Position numbers and translations under genes: made by a program. From Felis catus (lineage: Eukaryota): 64,000 bases of DNA. The notes under the pieces were generated by a model that saw nothing but the letters and a program-made list of their open reading frames with translations, was not told where the DNA came from and ran no database searches. This document shows, one piece after another, positions 52,210-64,000 of the stretch. Positions within the stretch are counted from its first letter, which is position 1; every line of letters begins with the position of its first letter. The DNA lies in contig NC_058373.1 in the NCBI RefSeq assembly GCF_018350175.1, forward strand, positions 104,658,001-104,722,000. The letters run 5' to 3'.

Positions 52210-52494
52210 CTTATTCTTAAGGCCATCTTGATCAATCTCTCCTCTTTCCAAAAAGATCCTTTAAATGCAACATCCATCCATTTGAGGTAAAATTCAAACT
52301 TGGGGGAGAGGGAGAGGCTGCGTAAGTCCTAGGCTAAGTTCTGTATCAATGCTGTGCATTGCAAGTTACAAGCAAACATTGCTAAAAAAGGAAGTGGAAG
52401 TTGATTATCTTTTCCCATGACTTCAGGAGGAGGTAGAAGAGCTGAGTCATGGGAAGATCTGAATTTTACAATTTTGACTTCTTGTTACTCTCTC

Positions 52495-52720
52495 TAGTAG
52501 AGGGTGTGGGTCTGGGAAGCAGACAGCTCTGGACTCAAACTCTAGTCCTGGCATCTGTAGCTGTACCCTGGGGCAAGGGAACCTCTCTGAGCCTCAATTT
52601 CCTTGTCTGCAACATAGTGATAATAACACCCCCTTCACAGAAAGACTGTGAGTTTTCGTGAGATCCTATGTTCTATTGCTTTGTAATGTGTTAAAATGCT
52701 ACACAGATGATAGTGGTAGT
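52495..52720 (+). mobile_element. MIR SINE
   Basis: TAGCTGTACCCTGGGGCAAGGGAACCTCTCTGAGCCTCAATTTCCTTGTCTGCAA. Confidence 0.7.
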
Positions 52721-53077
52721 AGCAAAATTCAGAATTCATAACCTGAATCCTTTGTGTCTAGGATAAGTTAAACCCCTGCTATTTCTTTCAAAGTGCTTGT
52801 TTTGAATCTCATAAACATTTCATCTTTACTTGATCTTCAAAGATTACTCTGCACAAAGTTCAGCCTTACATTCATTTACAATCCACCATGGCTGTACATA
52901 GTACACATTTTGGGTATAACTTTCTATTAAAAGTCACAGGATAACTGACTTTTTCTTAAGTTCTACTATATGCTGAGATTCCCATTTCTGCTTTTTGTCT
53001 CTAATAAGTTTTCATGTGCCAGATGTTAGATGTGCTTGGGCTTTTACCTGCATGAGCTTTATGTGTATAAAACTTTA

Positions 53078-53292
53078 GGGGCGCCTGGGTGGCTCAGCCG
53101 GTTAAGCGTCCGACTTCGGCTCAGGTCGTGACCTCGCAGTCTGTGAGTTCAAGCCCCGCGTTGGGCTCTGTGCTGACAGCTCAGAGCCTGGAGCCTGTTT
53201 CAGATTCTGTGTCTCCCTCTCTCTCTCTGACCCTCCCCCATTCATGCTCTGTCTCTCTCTGTCTCAAAAATAAAGGTTAAAAAAATTGTTTT
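53078..53292 (+). mobile_element. CanSINE (outer, older copy of a tandem pair)
   Basis: Head at 53078; outer TSD AAACTTTA (53070-53077 / 53528-53535). Confidence 0.94.
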
Positions 53293-53294
53293 GG

Positions 53295-53507
53295 GGGGCG
53301 CCTGGGTGGCGCAGTCGGTTAAGCGTCCGACTTCAGCCAGGTCACGATCTCGCGCTCCGTGAGTTCGAGCCCCGCGTCGGGCTCTGGGCTGATGGCTCAG
53401 AGCCTGGAGCCTGTTTCCGATTCCGTGTCTCCCTCTCTCTCTGCCCCTCCCCTGTTCATGCTCTGTCTCTCTCTGTCCCCAAAATAAATAAACGTTGAAA
53501 AAAAAAA
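53295..53507 (+). mobile_element. Young felid CanSINE inserted in the tail of the preceding SINE
   Basis: GGTGGCGCAGTCGG...TTCAGCCAGG diagnostic head, CpG-rich. Confidence 0.95.
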
Positions 53508-55659
53508 TTTTTTTTAATTTTTTTTTTAAACTTTAAAGAAGATAGAATCTAGAAACAACTAGACACATTGCCTCCATTTTCCATCTCTTATCAAGTAACC
53601 AAACCTGAGTTGGGAAAGGTACTCAAGCCCAAAGTCAAACATATCCTCTCCCTCCTTTCTGCTTCTTTTTTGGGAGTCAGACCTAAGTCACACGTAGGAA
53701 AGCCACTGTGAAATTCTACACTCACAGCAAATATAATGAGAATATAATACAAGTCAAGATGAGTAATAAGGCCATTGAAGACAGCTTTATTAAAAGCCAC
53801 ACAAGGGACTGAGAGTGCAATTAACAACATCTGGTGTGGCCTTTGGTTGTCTAGTAAGTGTAATTGTGTCATCTTCTCTGAAACAGGTGAGCCAGTACTT
53901 AGAAAGGGAAAAACAAAAACAAAAACAAAAAGTAAGAGATGCCTTGGAACATGTTAATCAGAAAATCTGCTTCAACTAGAATTCAACTGCATCGCCACCA
54001 AAATAATCTTCCAAAGGGAAGGGGATTAGATGTCACCGTAAAACGATTCATTTGACTCATTCTGAACTTCTCCCTAAGATTAAGTTCCCACAAATTCCAA
54101 ACCTCACTCTCCATCCCATGCTTCATAAACCTAATGGGCTTCCTTCCACATGGGTAAATTTCCATGTTCCCAGGCTACTGGGCCAAGGATCTCGGGGTAG
54201 CAAATTATAGCAGCCCGCTTCTCATTCAGCCCTGCAAACACCACAGGCAGCCCCACAGGCCTCTGAGTGAAACTCCGGGTATCCTTTGAAGATTTCAGCC
54301 CATGTAACAGGAGAATTCTCGCTGCATTCTAGCCTACAGTGCAAAATCACTAAGAACAAGGTTCTTGAGAGTCTTCAGCGGATTTTTCCCTGAAATTCAC
54401 TTAGCCATACAACACACAGATTAGATCCACTACAAATATACACGAGGTCACATGCTAAGATGTTAGTAGTCAAGAGTGTTTCCCGGATTTATACAGCTGA
54501 AGGAAAATAATACTTGAAAAATCTCAAATGAAGCCATGAGTTCCTAACAGTGGTTTTCACCCCATGCTTTCAGAGCCCCAAAATGCATCAGAGTAGATGC
54601 AGTGTGTCAGGAGGGCTGTAAGGGAATGAGTGGGAACACCCACTATAGGCCTCAGTGCAAGTCCTCTTCAGTCTCCAAAATGACTCCACAGAGAGGAGAG
54701 GATATGGATACTTGGCTTATGCTAAGAAAGAGAGAGAGTATTCCATTGCCCGAGTGGTAGGTGTTACCCAACGGGTGCTCTGTGGACTGGTACTAGCCAT
54801 GAGCTGCTACCAATCTGGGACCAGATAAATACGGAAATTGAGAATAAACATTAAGAAAACCTTGTCGCAAGCTGACATTGCTACGGTATTTCAGTGCATG
54901 ATTATTTTTTCTCTTAGCTCATTTTTATTGATTTTGCAAGATTTTTGATCTACAACAAGTTGGAAATTTAAAAATACAGACTGGTCCTTTAGCACAGATG
55001 GTTTCAGAAGCCGTGTTCTAGACCTATGTTCACAGCCTTGGATGTTCATTGGACTCTCTCGGGGAGCATAAAAAGGACTGATGCCTGTGTCTCAATACCA
55101 AAGAATCTGTTTTAATTGGAATGTAATTTAGCCTTAGCATTGGGATAGTTTTTAGAACTCCCAGTTGTTTCTACTATGCAGCAAAGTATTTGAGAACCAC
55201 TTCCTCATACTGATAAGGGATTCGGGGATGTGCTTAGGAGTCAATAAACTGGGAACACACAAAAATAATTATTTATGTTACTCTGAAAATTTGGAAAATA
55301 ATTTTAATTCAATGTTTTATTAAAACTAGGGTAAAATGGACTAGAATGCTATGATATATAGTCATGTTACATACGATTTTCAATGTAAACGTTTTATCGC
55401 AATATAACATCCATACGGAAAATTACACAGACCTTAAGTGCCTGCTTGATGGTATTTTCACAAGGTAAACACGTCTGTGAAACCACAATTCAGATCAGGA
55501 AACAGATAATGCACAATACTGTTTGCCCCCATGTTATGATATCTAAAATAGCTTCCCACCGGGAGGAAATCAAGATAATGTACTCTGCCACCATGAATAC
55601 GGCATTTATCTCAGTTTATAGTAGATCTAGTTTAAGTGGGAAGATTTCAAAGAATAGAA

Positions 55660-56610
55660 GTAGAAAAGACAATGATTCTTCCTGGTAAAGGTGGTAGACT
55701 GAGGGGCGCCTGGGTGGCGCAGTCAGTTAAGCGTCCGACTTCAGCCAGGTCACGAGCTCGCGGTCCGTGAGTTCAAGCCCCGCGTCGGGCTCTGGGCTGA
55801 TGGCTCAGAGCCTGGAGCCTGTTTCCGATTCTGTGTCTCCCTCTCTCTCTGCCCCTCCCCCGTTCATGCTCTGTCTCTCTCTGTCCCAAAAATAAATAAA
55901 CGTTGAAAAAAAAAAAAAGATGGTAGACTGAATACACACATCTCTATTTGTTCATTCAGGAAGTTCCACTAAAATGACAATAAGTGAATTTTTTAAAGGT
56001 GTAAATCCACAAGAATCAAGAGTGAAGGTAGTAACATTTCACGTATTCATTTTTTAATAACAACATGTTAGACACTAAAAGTAGTAAATGACTTTTCAGG
56101 CCTGAGGAAACTGAAACCGAAACTGAGGGTAGAGGAAAGTAGGTGTCAGTCCAATTGACAATACAGAATTGTCCTAAGTTACCAGTTACCACTGAGTGAG
56201 GCAAAAATCCGTAGCCTTGGTTGAGTCTGTTTTTAGTCTCTGACTCGGGAGTTTCATGTCTTCTGCTAGCAACCATGAAATTGCAGCAGGCTAACTTGGG
56301 GGCAAGACCCTTCCTGGTTCTTGACCTCCTCCACCATTCCCACAGATTCCAAATAGCTTTGGAGCCCTCTACTCTAGAATATAAGAAGGTACACAAAAAT
56401 CACAAAATTTCAAGTATATTGGCTCACAATAAAAACTTTAAAAAAAAAAAAACAACTTGGAAAAACCAGCCCATTCAAGAGAAGAAAACAAACAAAAGCA
56501 TATTAGTAACTTCCTTAGAGAATAAGAGAAGTTATCATATCCGTAACGTAAGAACAATAGGCCATATTCTTAAAAGAAATATTAGAAAAACAAAAGAAAG
56601 CTATTAAAAC
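55660..56610 (+). mobile_element. Probable ancient L1 5' region
   Basis: AAGATGGTAGACTGA...CCACTAAAATGACA...TTTTAAAGGTGTAAATCCACAAG resembles recalled old L1M 5' ends. Confidence 0.4.
55703..55915 (+). mobile_element. Young felid CanSINE
   Basis: TSD AAAGGTGGTAGACTGA / AAAGATGGTAGACTGA. Confidence 0.96.
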
Positions 56611-56628
56611 TTCAAGTAAAACTTTAAG

Positions 56629-56850
56629 TGAAACAGAAGACCATGGGGGAAGAGAAGGGAGAAAAAGTAGTTACAAACAGAAAAGGAGGGAGACAAACCA
56701 CAAGAGACTCTTAAATACAGAGAACAAACTAAAGGTGGACAGGTGGGTGGGGGAGAGGGAAAATGGATCATGGGCATTGAGGAGGGCACTTGTTGGGATG
56801 AGCACTGGGTGTTGTATGTAGGCCAATTTGACAATGAATTTTATTTAAAA
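56629..56850 (+). mobile_element. Truncated carnivore L1 3' UTR
   Basis: GAGACTCTTAAATACAGAGAACAAACT...GGGCATTGAGGAGGGCACTTGTTGGGATGAGCACTGGGTGTTGTATG. Confidence 0.9.
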
Positions 56851-56911
56851 AGAAGAAGGAGGAGGAGGAGGAGGAAGAGGAGGAGGAGGAGGAGGAGGAG
56901 GAGGAGGAGGA
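56851..56911. repeat. (AGA)n(AGG)n purine tract
   Basis: Direct reading. Confidence 0.93.
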
Positions 56912-57108
56912 GGGGTGCCTGGGTGGCTCAGTCAGTTAAGTGTCTGACTCCGGCTCAGGTCATGATCTCACAGTCCGTGAGTTCGAGCCCCGCATCAGGC
57001 TCTGTGCTGACAGCTCAGAGCCTGAAGCCTACTTTGGATTCTGTGTCTCCCTCTCTCTCTGCCCCTCCCCCATTCATGCTCTGTCTCAAAAATAAATAAA
57101 CATTAAAA
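56912..57108 (+). mobile_element. CanSINE
   Basis: GGGGTGCCTGGGTGGCTCAG head to AAATAAACATTAAAA tail. Confidence 0.94.
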
Positions 57109-58427
57109 AAAACTTTAAGAAACAAAAAAAGAAAAGTTAATAAAACACTTTTAAAAGAAAGTCAAGAAAAAGTCCACACCACGAGATGGAAAACAATAGA
57201 CTCTAGGTACTTCACTACAGCATAAGCCATTAAGTCAGCCACCCCACCTCTCAACTTACTGCTCTAAAAGAGAATAAATTCCTTATTGCTTAAGCCAATA
57301 GAAGTTGAGTTTTCTTGCAGCCAAATTCATCCTGGGGAGACCTTGGGAACCAGTGTGCCTTGGAAATGGATAAACTGGTTTGTGGTCTGCAGCAGGGGAT
57401 AAAAATGGAAGCCTTTATCAAATAAAGTCTTCTCCTCAAGCTGTTTATTTGCCCCAATTTTGATGCAAACATTGGAGACACGGGCAGCTATGCTATTTCC
57501 CTTTAGCAAATAACTGTTTGTCTCCCAGTGCTTCCCATCCTGATTTTCTGTTACAGGCACATGAATACCATCTAAGGACAATGCCTATTCTGTGAGCTTC
57601 TTAGGAAGCACGAAAGGTTACGATGTCAAACAAACAGCACCTGGGGAGAAAAGTAGGTTTGTGCTCCCGCTTTGGTAATGAAGGGAAGTTTGCGTATCAC
57701 TGTAACTTGGATAGATTTTATGACATGCTTTTTCATTGAAAGATTTAAAGTCACTATTATAATGCAGGTGAAAATCACAAGTTCCTTTGGAAACACAGCT
57801 CCTCAGGAAAACAAGAATCCAGAATGACATGTCATAACATTTCTGTGCAGATCAACAATCTGGGAGTATCTAGATACACTGCAAGACGTACTTGAAAGCT
57901 AATTATGCTTAGACAACCTCAAAATTGAAACACAAATCCATCATCCTTTCTTTTCTGTCAAAGACAGCATGGATGATGCGGATCTTGCCTCAAAAGTGAC
58001 CTCAGTGACTCGAGTGCAGTGGAAATGATGACTCCCATGCCTAAGACCACTCCAGAATTTCAGCTTTTTATTCACTCCAGACTATAAGAACGTCCTCGTG
58101 GAAATTCACTTTTGAATAAAACTGAAGTTCACTCCTATTTTAGTTAACACATTTGAATTCTTTCAATTTTTCCAGGCATTACCGTTAAATTTTGTACGCA
58201 TTCTCATAAAACAGAAAAACAGATACAACTCATTGCAATTATCCACTTTATAGCCCATTCCTGTGAAATAATAAATTTCCAGTGTAATAAAATAAACTGC
58301 ATGAAAATGTTCGGTATGTATGTGTATTTGGGGGTGAAGAGGTAATCTATAGCTTTACCTAGATTTTTCAAAGATTTCTGCATCCCCCTAAGTGTTAAAA
58401 AGTAGAAATACTAAGAACTACTGTTCT

Positions 58428-58573
58428 GAGGGTTGATGGGGGGTGGGAGGGAGAGGAGGGTGGGTGATGGGCATTGAGGAAGGCACCTTTTGGGATGAGC
58501 ACTGGGTGTTGTATGGAAACCAATTTGATAATAAATTTCATATATTGAAAAAAAAATAAAAAAATAAAAAAAA
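58428..58573 (+). mobile_element. 146-bp 5'-truncated felid L1 3' end
   Basis: TSD AACTACTGTTCT (58416-58427 / 58574-58585); near-identical to 62383-62507. Confidence 0.94.
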
Positions 58574-58779
58574 AACTACTGTTCTATGCTATGGAACAGT
58601 CCTCTAAGATAGTATGTAATTTCTATGTCAAGTCGTAGGTCATTTCTAACATGAATTTAATCCAATATCACCTTGTAAACTAGTAGTTACGTTTTCAAAT
58701 GTGATCTGACCCAAGCCCTAAAAACCTGGCCAGAAAATTCCTATAAAATTGAAATTATCTTTACATTAAAAAGCCTACT

Positions 58780-59042
58780 TAAGAAATATGACAATTGAAT
58801 GCAACAGGCCAGACCACATCCTGGACCAGAAGGAGAACCTTAGTGGAAAAACTAGTGAAATTCAAATAAAGCCTGGAGTTTAAGTCACGGTAACGTACCA
58901 ATATTGGTTTCTGAGTTTTGACAAATTTACATTGGTAATATAAAGTGATAACAATGGGGAGGGTGGGTGAGAGAGATACAGGGATTCTTGGTATTATCTT
59001 AACTTTTCTAGAAATTCAAAAATATTTCAAATAAAAAGTTGA
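58780..59042 (+). mobile_element. Old L1 (L1MC/MD-like) 3' end
   Basis: GACAATTGAATGCAAC...ATCCTGGACCAGAA...GTGAAATTCAAATAAAG...ATTTCAAATAAAAAGTT. Confidence 0.7.
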
Positions 59043-59089
59043 TTTTTTGCAAAAAGTCTACTTGAAATTTTTAACAAGCCTTGATCACA

Positions 59090-59645
59090 CATTCAACAAA
59101 TACTTAAGGAGTGCACAGGCACAATTCTGTGTGCGGGGCACACAGTGCTGAACAAAATGGACCCATCCCTTAGGGAGCTAAGAGACCAGCGGGCAGGAAA
59201 GACATTAAACAGTCACAGCAATCAACATAAATTGTGAGTGCAGTTTGTAGGAAGTGCTGTAAAGGAAAAGTACAGAGGAGCGAGGTGCAAAGCTACAAAG
59301 TGCTCTCTGAGGCAGTGGCACTGAATATGAGACATGAAGGATGGCTAGGAGCCAGTCAGGTAACAGCACCAGGAGTGGGGGAAAGCCTGTTCATCAGTTG
59401 GGAGGAAAGAAAGGGACTGGAGCACGTGCCACTATGCCCACAGCATAATCGGGGCATGGAACAGAGTTGCCATCTGAAGAACTGGACCATGTAGGACCTA
59501 CCTTTGTAGACTGGGTTTAGGGTTTTACAGTTTTCCAAAGAGATATCGAAAGCCACTAAAAACTTTAACCAGAGGAATAATCCAATTAATGCTTTTAAAA
59601 AGATCCTGATGGCTGTGAACTAGAAAGGAGTACGGCAGGAAGCTA
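59090..59645 (-). mobile_element. L2 fragment
   Basis: CATTCAACAAATACTTAAGGAG...CACAGTGCTGAACAAAATGGAC...TTTTAAAAAGATCCTGATGGCTG. Confidence 0.65.
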
Positions 59646-59781
59646 ATGCTTCAAGTGCTCACATGTCATATATATATGTTTACATATATATAAAATGAAG
59701 AAATATATATATATATATATAAAATGGAGAAATAAAAAGTTCTCAACTTCTAAATATATTTGTTCTAAAAAGTCCCTGGTA

Positions 59782-62507
59782 GACAGAGACCCAGTAAAAA
59801 AAGAGAACTACAGGCCAATATCCCTGATGAATATGGATGCAAAAATTCTCCATAAGATACTAGCAAATCGAATTCAACGGCATATAAAAAGAATTATTCA
59901 CCATGATCAAGTGGGATTCATTCCTGGGATGCAGGGCTGGTTCAACATTCACAAATCAATCAATGTGATACATCACATTAATAAAAAAAAAAGAGAAGAA
60001 CCATATGATCCTGTCAATCGATGCAGAAAAGGCCTTTGACAAAATCCAGCACCCTTTCTTAATAAAAACCCTTGAGAAAGTCGGGATAGAAGGAACATAC
60101 TTACACATCATAAAAGCCATTTATGAAAAGCCCACAGCTATCATCATCCTCAATGGGGAAAAACTGAGAGCTTTTTCCCTGAGATCAGGAACACGACAGG
60201 GATGCCCACTCTCACCGCTGTTGTTTAACATAGTGTTGGAAGTTCTAGCATCAGCAATCAGACAACAAAAGGAAATCAAAGGCATCAAAATTGGCAAAGA
60301 TGAAGTCAAGCTTTCGCTTTTTGCAGATGACATGATATTATACATGGAAAATCCGATAGACTCCACCAAAAGTCTGCTAGAACTGATACAGGAATTCAGC
60401 AAAGTTGCAGGATACAAAATCAATGTACAGAAATCAGTTGCATTCTTATACACTAACAATGAAGCAACAGAAAGACAAATAAACTGATCCCATTCACAAT
60501 TGCACCAAGAAGCATAAAATACCTAGGAATAAATCTAACCAAAGATGTACAAGATCTGTATGCTGAAAACTATAGAAAGCTTATGAAGGTAGTTGAAGAA
60601 GATATAAAGAAATGGAAACACATTCCCTGCTCATGAATTGGAAGAATAAATATTGTCAAAATGTCAATACTACCCAAAGCTATCTACACATTCAATGCAA
60701 TCCCAATCAAAATTGCACCAGCATTCTTCTCGAAACTAGAACAAGCAACCCTAAAATTCATATGGAACCACAAAAGGCCCCGAATAGCCAAAGGAATTTT
60801 GAAGAAGAAGACCAAAGCAGGAGGCATCACAATCCCAGACTTTAGCCTCTACTACAAAGCTGTCATCATCAAGACAGCATGGTATTGGCACAAAAACAGA
60901 CACATAGACCAATGGAATAGAATAGAAACCCCAGAACTAGACCCACAAACCTATGGCCAACTCATCTTTGACAAAGCAGGAAAGAACATCCAATGGAAAA
61001 AAGACAGTCTCTTTAACAAATGGTGCTGGGAGAACTGGAGAGCAACATGCAGAAGGTTGAAACTAGACCACTTTCGCACACCATTCACAAAAATAAATTC
61101 AAAATGGATAAAGGACCTGAATGTGAGACAGGAAACCATCAAAACCCTAGAGGAGAAAGCAGGAAAAGACCTCTCTGACCTCAGCCGTAGCAATCTCTTA
61201 CTCGACACATCCCAAAGGCAAGGGAATTAAAAGCAAAAATGAATTACTGGGACCTTATGAAGATAAAAAGCTTCTGCACAGCAAAGGAAACAACAAACAA
61301 AACTAAAAGGCAACCAACGGAATGGGAAAAGATATTCGCAAATGACATATCGGACAAAGGGCTAGTATCCAAAATCTATAAAGAGCTCACCAAACTCCAC
61401 ACCCGAAAAACTAATAACCCATTGAAGAAATGGGCAGAAAACATGAATAGACACTTCTCTAAAGAAGACATCCAGATGGCCAACAGGCACATGAAAAGAT
61501 GTTCAACGTCGCTCCTTATCAGGGAAATACAAATCAAAACCACACTCAGATATCACCTCACGCCAGTCAGAGTGGCCAAAATGAACAAATCAGGAGACTA
61601 TAGATGCTGGAGAGGATGTGGAGAAACGGGAACCCTCTTGCACTGTTGGTGGGAATGCAAATTGGTGCAGCCGCTCTGGAAAGCAGTGTGGAGGTTCCTC
61701 AGAAAATTAAAAATAGACCAACCCTATGACCCAGCAATAGCACTGCTAGGAATTTACCCAAGGGATACAGGAGTACTGATGCATAGGGGCACTTGTACCC
61801 CAATGTTTATAGCAGCACTCTCAACAATAGCCAAATTGTGGAAAGAGCCTAAATGTCCATCAACTGATGAATGGATAAAGAAATTGTGGTCTATATACAC
61901 AATGGAATACTACGTGGTAATGAGAAAGAATGAAATATGGCCTTTTGTAGCAACGTGGATGGAATTGGAGAGTGTGATGCTAAGTGAAATAAGCCATACA
62001 GAGAAAGACAGATACCATATGGTTTCACTCTTATGTGGATCTTGAGAAACTTAACAGAAACCCAAGGGGGAGGGGAAGGAAAAAAAAAAAAGAGGTTAGA
62101 GTGGGAGAGAGCCAAAGCATAAGAAACTGTTAAAAACTGAGAACAAGGGGAGCCTGGGTGGCTCAGTCGGTTAAGCAGCTGACTTCGGCTCAGGTCACGA
62201 TCTCGCAGTCTGTGAGTTCGAGCCCCACATCGGGCTCTGTGCTGACAGCTCGGAGCCTGGAGCCTGCTTCCGATTCTGTGTCTCCCTCTCTCTGACCCTC
62301 CCCCGTTCATGCTCTGTCTCTCTCTGTCTCAAAAATAAATAAACGTTAAAAAAAAAATTTTTTTTAAAACTGAGAACAAACTGAGGGTTGATGGGGGGTG
62401 GGAGGGAGGGGAGGGTGGGTGATGGGTATTGAAGAGGGCACCTTTTGGGATGAGCACTGGGTGTTGTATGGAAACCAATTTGACAATAAATTTCATATAT
62501 TGAAAAA
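59782..62507 (+). mobile_element. Young 5'-truncated felid L1: disrupted ORF2 (RT and C-terminal domains), 3' UTR, poly-A
   Basis: [39 protein letters not shown] (RT), [18 protein letters not shown]; frameshifts near 59990, 60480, 61215 and a TGA near 60634; perfect TSD AAAAAGTCCCTGGTA (59767-59781 / 62508-62522). Confidence 0.98.
62147..62365 (+). mobile_element. CanSINE nested in the L1 3' UTR
   Basis: TSD AAAACTGAGAACAA (62133-62146 / 62366-62379). Confidence 0.96.
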
Positions 62508-63086
62508 AAAAAGTCCCTGGTAAATAATAATGTCACCTTAGATGTATTATATTGCTTCTTTAGAACCTGCCACCATAAGTCTAGCAGAGAAGACAGTGTT
62601 CCAAATGGCTTCCAACTCACTCAATCTGGATCTTTCCTCCAGAATGACTGTGCTTAGACATAGGTATGAACAGAAACACAAGATAGATGCCAAAGTCACA
62701 TGACTTGGAGCTTAGCAAGGAATCAGAAGCAAAAATCTGCATGCTCTGACCCCCTTAGGAATCTTAGCTTTCACAGGAGATAAACAATTCTTAGTATGTC
62801 TGGTTTTCAAGACCACAAAACCATTATTGACACCTCACTAGTGCCATCTTGGCATTAACCCAGGACTAAATATAGAAAATCCCAGACTGAGGAAAAATGT
62901 AATTTTCAACGCCTGTTTAAAATATACAATGTTAAATGTCATCCTCAATTACCATACCTTGAACCTGAAGGAACTGGTGTGCTGCCCTATCTGAGCTAGA
63001 AAACGAAATATGTCTTCCAAACTTGATGTAAGCAGTAGCACTTCAATAAAACTTAATAAGTAGTCTGCAGTATTGGTTGGATACTT

Positions 63087-63294
63087 TTTTTTTTTTCAAC
63101 GTTTATTTATTTTTGGGACAGAGAGAGAGCATGAACAGGGGAGGGGCAGAGGGAGAGGGAGACAGAATCAGAATCAGGCTCCAGGCTCTGAGCCATCAGC
63201 CCAGAGCCCGACGCGGGGCTCGAACTCAACGGACCGCAAGATCGTGACTTGGCTGAAATCGGAGGCTTAACCGACTGCACCACCCAGGCGCCCC
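63087..63294 (-). mobile_element. Young-type felid CanSINE
   Basis: TSD GGTTGGATACTT (63075-63086 / 63295-63306). Confidence 0.96.
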
Positions 63295-63539
63295 GGTTGG
63301 ATACTTCTTAAACAGAACTCCCTACGGACTTACACTCTAAACAGACACCTGATTTTCTTAGTTTGTAGAAATATTGTCTCTATAACCTAAGTATGATCTT
63401 GATAGACTCCAAAAACTATCAGAAACAGAAAAAAGAAAAGATTGGATCTTGATTGAAGCCTATGATTTGAGTAAGAAACTTTTTTATGCAAGCTCTGTGA
63501 ACCAATAGCGATTAAGTTGACTGTCCGGCCAATTGCTCC

Positions 63540-64000
63540 TTTTCACTTCAAACAACCTTTTCCCCTACAGTCAAAAGAGCTACCGGAGAGAGTTCCTGGC
63601 AGCCATGATTGCATAACTTGACCCTGCCCCAAGCCACCATAGTCCATAGAATCAAGAGTATGCACTTGACACAAATTGGGCCAAAGAGTCCCTTTCTCCG
63701 GGAATCTGGATTTAGAAGTAAGAGATTCTTGCTCAATCTGTCTGCTCTCTTGAATAGAGGACACGTAAACACTGGAACTGCTGGCAGAGGCTATTTTCAA
63801 CCATTTGGACAAGGAAATTGAGAAAGCCAGCCTGCAGCAAGAGACAAGAATGGAGAACATGTGCCAGAAAAAAGAGATGAAAGGCAGAGAAAGAGGGCTT
63901 CCTGTTTTCCCTATCACCCTCCAGGACCTGATGCTAGCTCATCCCACCTGATCCCTGCCCCTAAAATCCATAGAATATTCCCAGTATCCTTTCAATCACT
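63540..64000 (+). mobile_element. Ancient MaLR (MLT1J/K-like) LTR
   Basis: GAGTATGCACTTGACACAAATTGGGCCAAAGAGTCCCTTTCTCCGGGAAT pattern. Confidence 0.5.

Noticed and set aside
56743..57099. Poly-arginine ORF
   Set aside because: Read-through of L1 tail, (AGG)n microsatellite and SINE.
60005..62045. L1 ORF2 pieces as an active reverse transcriptase gene
   Set aside because: No promoter, ORF1 or endonuclease domain; multiple frameshifts and a premature stop.

Overview
Mammalian, repeat-dominated non-coding window (intron or intergenic). The abundant carnivore tRNA-derived SINEs (CanSINE/SINEC, felid-type) and the felid-type L1 3' ends point to a cat-family genome. I could not support any intact protein-coding exon or RNA gene; nearly all ORFs in the track are SINE, L1 or chance frames. 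The one host-gene-derived sequence is a decayed, intronless 3' fragment of pyruvate kinase M (PKM) on the minus strand (~19.8-20.3 kb), whose 5'-most codons look like the M1 splice isoform. The rest is about 23 SINEs, a young 5'-truncated L1 with perfect TSDs (59.8-62.5 kb), an older 3.7 kb L1 containing a Tc1/mariner-like MITE that itself contains a SINE, an ERVL remnant, a solo LTR, MaLR LTRs, L2/MIR, hAT MITEs, microsatellites and several local duplications or repair scars. I see no evidence of a new multi-gene biological system. Repeat family names come from recalled consensus sequences, not a database search, and boundaries of old repeats are approximate.
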